DNA of 64,000 nucleotides from Chitinophagaceae bacterium (GTDB lineage Bacteria; Bacteroidota; Bacteroidia; Chitinophagales; Chitinophagaceae): NCBI GenBank assembly GCA_009996675.1, contig JAACZQ010000005.1, positions 7,948 to 71,947 of the forward strand, read 5' to 3'. Shown piece by piece: positions 57,878 to 64,000 of this stretch (position 1 is its first letter; each line of letters starts with the position of its first letter). The notes under the pieces were generated by a model. It saw only the letters and a program-made list of their open reading frames with translations, ran no database searches and was not told where the DNA came from. The position numbers and the translations under genes were made by a program.

Positions 57878-59224
57878 TTAATCAATATTAAAGAACAGAA
57901 CCGATGGATTATTCATACTATATGCACCCGTACTGGTACGCACCGACAATGTCAGCAGCATTTTCCGCTTCCCGTCCTTCCCCGTTACAATGGTTGCAGC
58001 TTGTGCAAGGTAAGTAGTCAGGGTTGATAAATAAGTAAGTGGCGTCAGCTGTGTATATTTAAAACCGCCCTTACCCGCATTTTTGGTGAGTGCCCTGGCC
58101 GTCCAGCTACTCTTCGCCACATCATAAAATAAGCCCATCGCCTCCCTGGATTCACCAACACCACCAAATTCAACACAGGCGGTCATTTTTCCAGGTGCTG
58201 ACTGGTGAGCCTGAAAACCACTGATCGCGTACCCCTTGGCTGATAGCTCGGCTATTACCGTCTTTTTATTATTAACCGGTGTGATATCCCAAATCTGCTC
58301 CGATTCGAGATTGGTACTGGATGGGCGAAACACGATATGATCCACACCCTTATCATCATACAGCAACCGCGGCGGATGCATAAAATGGTTCTGATTACCA
58401 TATAAGGGATAAGCATACACTTCTTTGTGCGCACGCCCGTCATAATAATATATTTTCTCCTGCTTCTTATCCGCCGGGTCTCTGCGGGTATAGGTATAAT
58501 GAACATTTCCCTCAGCATCGGCATAGCCGTGTAAATTAATCACGCCATTCTCCGGGGGTGCGCCTCCGCTGATTTTAGGTGTAGCTGGTGGTGCCACTTC
58601 CGCCCGTGCGGTAACACCCGTGGGACCCAATATGCCAAAGCGGATCCAATCGGCATAATACCACATCTGCCAGTTGTTTTGTACCGACTGCGGGCTGACT
58701 TCATTCCAGCACACATACAACTGACCTTTGTTATTCACAAAAGCAAACCAGGAATACTGACTCCCGATTTCCTGGCTCACGGGATAGATCTCACTCCATT
58801 GACCCGCCTGCAATACTTTATAAAAAAGTGTTCCGTTCACATAACCACCACGGCCATCCAGTGTTACTTCTTTTACCGGGTACTTACTACCCTTATTGCC
58901 ATATCTTTTCCAGATCACATAAATAGCGCCATTGCCATCCTGCACAATAACGGGCGGACCAGATCCATTACCCGATTCATCATTACTGATGACGATTGGT
59001 TTAGTCCAGCTGGCGCCATTGTTGGAAGAGCTGGTATAATAAATGAAAACAGGCTTGCCAAAATCGGGGCTCTCCTGGTATACGGCGTGTAACACATTAT
59101 TGCGGTCGATGAGCAGATCCGTTTCACCGGCTCGCTCGAACTGCGATAAACGAACACTTTTTTGTGCTATACATACATTCAGCAGCAGGCATAACCCTGC
59201 CAGGACAGATATTGATTTCGCCAT
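57878..59224 (-). CDS. Exported beta-propeller (BNR/Asp-box-like) protein
   Basis: Signal peptide; YTSSSNNGASWTKP Asp-box; repeated DxxGxxHxxY strands. Confidence 0.6.
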   Translation of the reverse strand: MAKSISVLAGLCLLLNVCIAQKSVRLSQFERAGETDLLIDRNNVLHAVYQESPDFGKPVFIYYTSSSNNGASWTKPIVISNDESGNGSGPPVIVQDGNGAIYVIWKRYGNKGSKYPVKEVTLDGRGGYVNGTLFYKVLQAGQWSEIYPVSQEIGSQYSWFAFVNNKGQLYVCWNEVSPQSVQNNWQMWYYADWIRFGILGPTGVTARAEVAPPATPKISGGAPPENGVINLHGYADAEGNVHYTYTRRDPADKKQEKIYYYDGRAHKEVYAYPLYGNQNHFMHPPRLLYDDKGVDHIVFRPSSTNLESEQIWDITPVNNKKTVIAELSAKGYAISGFQAHQSAPGKMTACVEFGGVGESREAMGLFYDVAKSSWTARALTKNAGKGGFKYTQLTPLTYLSTLTTYLAQAATIVTGKDGKRKMLLTLSVRTSTGAYSMNNPSVLFFNID

Positions 59225-59259
59225 AAATAATGTTTGGAATACCTGAATATACAAAAAAA

Positions 59260-59745
59260 TCAGGTGAGTGCATACCCGCGGTCCAGCATAAACTTACGCA
59301 GCCGCAGCCGGGCTTTTAACTGTATGCGGTTCTGCATAAAAGACGACCAGCCAAACAACAGACCGGGGATACCAAAAGCCTGCCGGGTCCAGCGATACAA
59401 CGGGAACGCATCACTGTGTTCGATAATCAGTCCGTCCTTCAGGCGCATATGGGCTTTGATGCGGTTCACCACTTTGCGGCCCGTGGCAGAAAAAGTATAA
59501 ACAGCCACCCAGTCCGCCGTAGCATATTCCTCATCCAGCAATTGAATATTGCCGAAGGAAAGCGAAAAATCACGCGCATTCGTACACAGCATTTCCCACA
59601 TGGCATTGGTTTCCGCCGCATTCAATAAACCAAACACCGGGTCGCTGAATACAATATCAGGCGAATAACAGGCACGCATGCCTTTATAATCCAGTTGCTG
59701 AAATGCCGTATAAAATTGCGTGATGGTCGTTTCGTTGGGTGCCAT
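59260..59745 (-). CDS. NTF2/SnoaL-like protein
   Basis: FYTAFQQLDY...FSDPVFG...MWEML...YTFSATGRKVVN...DGLIIEHSDAF. Confidence 0.88.
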   Translation of the reverse strand: MAPNETTITQFYTAFQQLDYKGMRACYSPDIVFSDPVFGLLNAAETNAMWEMLCTNARDFSLSFGNIQLLDEEYATADWVAVYTFSATGRKVVNRIKAHMRLKDGLIIEHSDAFPLYRWTRQAFGIPGLLFGWSSFMQNRIQLKARLRLRKFMLDRGYALT

Positions 59746-59782
59746 GTTTGAGGGTTTATTAATAACAGCAATGACAATAATG

Positions 59783-60047
59783 TCAGATTGCAGATGTCAG
59801 ATCTTTGATTTTTTGACTTGTCCACCGTAGCTTCAGCGAAGGTGGACTGACACCGACCGCGTGTCGCCGTAGCTTTAGCGGTGGCACAAGCTTCAGCGAA
59901 GGTGGATGTTTGAATTTTCGATCTTTGATTTCTTGATCTTTGATGGTTGGCAGTTACCTTCCCTAAAGCCAACTGCCAACTGCCAACTGCCAACTGCCAA
60001 TAGCCAACAGCTCGCAGCTAAAAATACTCACTACTGACCACTCACTC
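59783..60047. repeat. Mosaic intergenic repeat: REP-like palindromes plus heptamer tandems
   Basis: GTCCACC-gtagcttcagcgaa-GGTGGAC (59820-59847) with two degenerate copies; GCCAACT x4 plus 2 variants (59968-60009); CTCACTA units (60027-60047); GATCTTT-like runs. Confidence 0.75.
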
Positions 60048-60070
60048 CAAAACGCGCCCTAATCCCTTCC

Positions 60071-62908
60071 TCAATGCGCTTCCAGCCAATTACCGCCCTG
60101 GCCTACTTCCGCTTCCACGGGCACATCATTGGGCAGGGGCATGGCATTGATCATGCAGTGCACAATCAGTTCTTTCAGCTCCTTCACTTCTTCGGCTACC
60201 GCATCAAATACCAATTCATCATGTACCTGCAAAATCATTTTAGATGCCCATTTTCCCGCAGCCATTTCTTTATGAATACGAATCATGGCCAGCTTGATCA
60301 TATCCGCAGCAGTACCCTGAATAGGAGAATTGATGGCGTTGCGCTCGGCATAACCACGCACCGTAAAATTACCACTGTTGATATCTTTCAGCCAGCGCTT
60401 ACGGCCCACCAGTGTTTGTACATAGCCGTTTTCCTTGGCCAGGTTAATCTGGTCATCCATATACCGCTGGATATTGGGGAACTCTTTCTTGTAATTATCA
60501 ATGATCTCTTTCGCTTCAGTACGTGTAATACCCAGGTTATCAGCCAGTCCAAAAGCACCCTGACCATAAATAATACCAAAGTTCACACTCTTGGCCTTAT
60601 AACGCATTTCCTTCGTTACCTGGTCTTCCGGCACACCATATACTTTGGCCGCTGTAGCAGTGTGAATGTCTTTATGCTGACGGAAAGCCTCACACATATT
60701 CGGGTCGCCGGAAATGGCAGCCACAATACGCAGTTCAATCTGGGAATAGTCGGCACTGAGTAATACACGTCCCTCACTGCGCGGAATAAATGCTTTGCGT
60801 ATTTCGCGGCCCCTTTCCGTACGGATGGGAATATTCTGCAGGTTGGGATTATTACTACTAAGCCTACCGGTAACCGCCACGGCCTGCGCATAACTGGTAT
60901 GCACACGACCCGTACGCGGATTAATCATTTCGGGTAACGCATCCACATAAGTGGACTTGAGTTTGGTGAGTTCCCGGAAACCGAGGATATCATCTACAAT
61001 TTTATGCTGACTGGCCAGCTTCAGCAACACATCTTCCCCGGTGGCATACTGACCGGTTTTGGTTTTCTTGGCCTTGGGATCCAGTTTCAATTTTTCAAAC
61101 AACACTTCTCCCAGCTGTTTGGGAGAAGCCAGGTTAAAGCGAACGCCCGCCTGACTGTACACGCTTTCCTCACAACGTTTGGCTTCACGCTCCAGCTCCT
61201 TGCTGTAATCGCGCAGGAAGTCAACATCAATTTTCACGCCTTCATATTCCATATCGGTAAGTACACGCACCAACGGGTTTTCTACTTTTTCAAAAACCTG
61301 TTCTACTTCCTTCTCCTGCATCAGCGGAACAAAAACCTGTTTCAGCTGCAGGGTGATATCGGCATCTTCGGCTGCATATTCTTTGATCTGTTCCAGGGCC
61401 ACATCACGCATGGTGCCCTGCCCTTTTCCTTTTTTACCAATCAGCTCTTCAATATGCACGGGTTCATAGCCCAGGTATTGCGCGCTGAGCAGGTCCATAC
61501 TGCGGCGGCCTTCGGGTTCAATCAGGTAATGGGCCAGCATGGTATCAAACAACTGTCCCTTCGGCTCAATGCCATACCATTTCAATACCAGTAAATCGTA
61601 TTTGAGGTTCTGGCCTACCCAGGTAATATCGGTACGATCAAAAACCGGTTTCAGCTGTGCCAGTATCTGTTGTGTAGCGTCCTGATCGGACGGACAGGCA
61701 ATATAATAACCAACCCCTTTCTGCCAGGAAAAACTCAGCCCCACCAGTTCCACATTATTAGCATCGGTGCCGGTGGTTTCAGTATCGAAGCAAACTTCTT
61801 TTTCCCGCATCAGTGCCTGTACGAGATCAGCAATTTCCGCAGATGATTGCAGGAGCTTATAATCATGCGGGGTATTACTGATATTTTTATCCGCCGCCAA
61901 TCCCTGTGATGAACTGTCTTCTTCCACTTCCGCTTTAGCAGCAGCCTTTTTTTCCGCCTTGGGTTTTTCGGCTACGGTGTTACCAAACAAATCGGTCTGC
62001 ACACCCTGTGGTGCGCTGTGGAAGGCATTGAAGTCATCGCCCAAGATGCGTTTACCCAGGGTTTTAAATTCCAGTTCGGTAAATACTTCCGTGAGTGCTT
62101 CCCGGTTCCATTCTTTCAGGCGGTAATCTTCTTCGTGAAATTCAACGGGTACATCGGTAATAATGGTAGCCAGCTTTTTACTCATAACGGCCAGTTCCGC
62201 ACCATTGCGCACTTTCTCACCCAGCGCGCCCTTGATCTTATCGGCATTGGCCAGGATATTTTCCAGGGTATCATATTCTTTCAGCAGTTTGGCGGCTGTT
62301 TTTTCGCCCACACCGGGAATGCCGGGGATATTGTCCACCGCATCACCCATCAGACCCAGCATATCCACCACCTGCTCCACCCGTTGAATATCCCATTTGG
62401 CACAGATGGCCGCCGCATCCAGTATTTCTTCAGGATTGCCATAAGCGGGTGGTTTATAAATGTACACATGCGGGTGAATCAACAACTGACCGTAATCCTT
62501 GTCGGGCGTAACCATATACACTTCATACCCCTTGTCGGCCGCCTGCCAGGCCACCGTACCAATCACATCATCGGCCTCATAACCATCCATCTCCACTACG
62601 GGAATATTAAACCCGCGGATAATGCGCTGGATATCCGGAATAGAATCCAGTAAATCCTCCGGTGCCTCCTGCCGGTTGGCTTTATAATCCGTAAAATCGG
62701 TATGCCGCTCAGTGGGTGCATGGGTATCAAAACAAACCGCCAGATGCGTGGGCTTCTCTTTATTGATCAGGTCAAACAAAGTATTGGTAAACCCAAACTG
62801 GGCATTGGTATTTCTGCCTTTGGACGTGATACGGGGATTGCGGATCAACGCATAATAAGCCCGGTAGATCAGGGCAAGCGCATCCAGCAGGAATAATTTC
62901 TTGGTCAT
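60071..62908 (-). CDS. polA: DNA polymerase I
   Basis: 5'-3' exonuclease (LLDA, YKANR, EADDVIG), 3'-5' exonuclease (FDTETTG), polymerase motifs (ADYSQIELR, AKSVNFGIIYG, QVHDEL); start taken at MTKK. Confidence 0.98.
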   Translation of the reverse strand: MTKKLFLLDALALIYRAYYALIRNPRITSKGRNTNAQFGFTNTLFDLINKEKPTHLAVCFDTHAPTERHTDFTDYKANRQEAPEDLLDSIPDIQRIIRGFNIPVVEMDGYEADDVIGTVAWQAADKGYEVYMVTPDKDYGQLLIHPHVYIYKPPAYGNPEEILDAAAICAKWDIQRVEQVVDMLGLMGDAVDNIPGIPGVGEKTAAKLLKEYDTLENILANADKIKGALGEKVRNGAELAVMSKKLATIITDVPVEFHEEDYRLKEWNREALTEVFTELEFKTLGKRILGDDFNAFHSAPQGVQTDLFGNTVAEKPKAEKKAAAKAEVEEDSSSQGLAADKNISNTPHDYKLLQSSAEIADLVQALMREKEVCFDTETTGTDANNVELVGLSFSWQKGVGYYIACPSDQDATQQILAQLKPVFDRTDITWVGQNLKYDLLVLKWYGIEPKGQLFDTMLAHYLIEPEGRRSMDLLSAQYLGYEPVHIEELIGKKGKGQGTMRDVALEQIKEYAAEDADITLQLKQVFVPLMQEKEVEQVFEKVENPLVRVLTDMEYEGVKIDVDFLRDYSKELEREAKRCEESVYSQAGVRFNLASPKQLGEVLFEKLKLDPKAKKTKTGQYATGEDVLLKLASQHKIVDDILGFRELTKLKSTYVDALPEMINPRTGRVHTSYAQAVAVTGRLSSNNPNLQNIPIRTERGREIRKAFIPRSEGRVLLSADYSQIELRIVAAISGDPNMCEAFRQHKDIHTATAAKVYGVPEDQVTKEMRYKAKSVNFGIIYGQGAFGLADNLGITRTEAKEIIDNYKKEFPNIQRYMDDQINLAKENGYVQTLVGRKRWLKDINSGNFTVRGYAERNAINSPIQGTAADMIKLAMIRIHKEMAAGKWASKMILQVHDELVFDAVAEEVKELKELIVHCMINAMPLPNDVPVEAEVGQGGNWLEAH

Positions 62909-62994
62909 ATAGCTAAGGTAGTAAACAGTAGCGGCAAAATACAAAAGCATCCACCGGGGCGGATGCTTTCTTTGTGGTTTTCAGGAATATTGAA

Positions 62995-64000
62995 CTATTT
63001 CTTTTTAAGCGTCAGGTAGTCCAGAAAATAGATTACACGTATAGAAACGCTATTTTGCTGATCAGATTGTATGGTATTGCTGAAATTTTTGAAATATCGG
63101 GTCTGGGTATTCCGGTCGAATGTGCTGATCGCATCCTTCCACACGATATTGATAAAACTACCCAGGGCAAACTGCCAGGTATACACCATGTCAATATTGA
63201 AATAATTCACGTTATAATTCACATTGGTGCTGATTCCGCCGGGAATATGTTTCAGATAACCATCATCCTGCAGTTTATAAAACTCCTGGTTATCCACCTT
63301 ACTCCAGTAATGCCTGGCCCGGAAACTCAGGCCCATTTTATTGTTGAAATTGTATTTGATATTAAGCACATTCTCCACCGTATTCCTTTTGCGCAAAGCA
63401 AAAATCACACTATCCGTACTATACATGGTGGCATAACCCAGGTTGTTCTTGCGGAATTCCAGATAGGTCGTTGTTGTAATGGTCAGCTTTTTATTGAAGC
63501 GGTAATTGTTGCGGAAATAAATATCTCTTCCCACCGAACCATATTCTACCCAGGTCCTGTTATAAAACTCCACTGCAGCCGAATACTTTTTAGCGCTATT
63601 GGTCTCAAACCAGAAACCCGCCATCCAGCTGGTAGGTCTTTTAAACATTTTACCGGGAACACGGGGTTCATAAAAATCCTGCTGCTGCGGATTCACATTG
63701 AAATTCATACCCGCCCACCAGAGGTTTTTCAACTGCCCGTTGATATTGGTGTTGAAATTCATGGACTGGTAATCATACGGCTTGTAACGCATCGATACAT
63801 TCGCATTCACATTCAGGTTTAACCGATTGTACCATCCCTTGGGTTTGAGCCAACGGTATCCCATCCAAAGACCATTGTTGAAATAGTTGTTGTTGGTGAA
63901 ATAACCCATATCGTTCAGGTTATATTTTTCATCCGCCAGCTCCTGCCAGAGATTGAAATTAAAGCGACCACTGGTTTTACCCAAACCCAGGGTATGACTA
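62995..64000 (-). CDS. C-terminal part of a DUF5916-type outer-membrane protein (5' end outside the window)
   Basis: YNLNDMGY, FYEPR, LSFRARHYW, FNIDMVYTWQF...VIYFLDY pattern; the ORF runs off the window. Confidence 0.7.
   Translation of the reverse strand, partial: SHTLGLGKTSGRFNFNLWQELADEKYNLNDMGYFTNNNYFNNGLWMGYRWLKPKGWYNRLNLNVNANVSMRYKPYDYQSMNFNTNINGQLKNLWWAGMNFNVNPQQQDFYEPRVPGKMFKRPTSWMAGFWFETNSAKKYSAAVEFYNRTWVEYGSVGRDIYFRNNYRFNKKLTITTTTYLEFRKNNLGYATMYSTDSVIFALRKRNTVENVLNIKYNFNNKMGLSFRARHYWSKVDNQEFYKLQDDGYLKHIPGGISTNVNYNVNYFNIDMVYTWQFALGSFINIVWKDAISTFDRNTQTRYFKNFSNTIQSDQQNSVSIRVIYFLDYLTLKKK

Noticed and set aside
59968-60009. CRISPR array
   Set aside because: 7-bp tandem units without unique spacers and no cas genes; the same applies to the other short repeats.

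Overview
Bacteroidota chromosome segment, most likely Chitinophagaceae (TAnnTTTG-type promoters, TonB/LytTR and TPR-kinase loci, CzcA-TolC fusion). Housekeeping genes: tRNA-Ile2(CAT), tRNA-Phe, asnS, rho, polA. There are two accessory islands. (1) A ~17.5 kb integrative mobilizable element sits in the tRNA-Ile2 3' half, bounded by an exact 43-bp attL/attR repeat (9904-9946, 27380-27422). It carries a tyrosine integrase, Xis-like HTH, primase, oriT-like hairpin, MobC/relaxase, a DUF6922/AbiEii toxin-antitoxin pair, czc/P1B-ATPase metal efflux and a MerR-linked thiol-redox operon. (2) A seven-gene, tightly coupled defence operon lies downstream of tRNA-Phe: hsdM-ptuA-ptuB-hsdS-hsdR-mcrB-mcrC. 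Here a Septu/retron-type PtuAB pair is embedded inside a Type I RM locus with no reverse transcriptase in the window. This is the best candidate for an undescribed composite system. Other signals: a shared basic-LG(L/M) C-terminal tail on relaxase, primase and the AbiEii toxin; an A54/U58-swapped T-loop in tRNA-Ile2; an ATACC-N8-GGTAT motif at three promoters around a TPR-kinase/LuxR pair; helically phased intergenic repeats; and interspersed heptamer/REP-like repeats. Product calls come from motif recognition only; no database searches were run.
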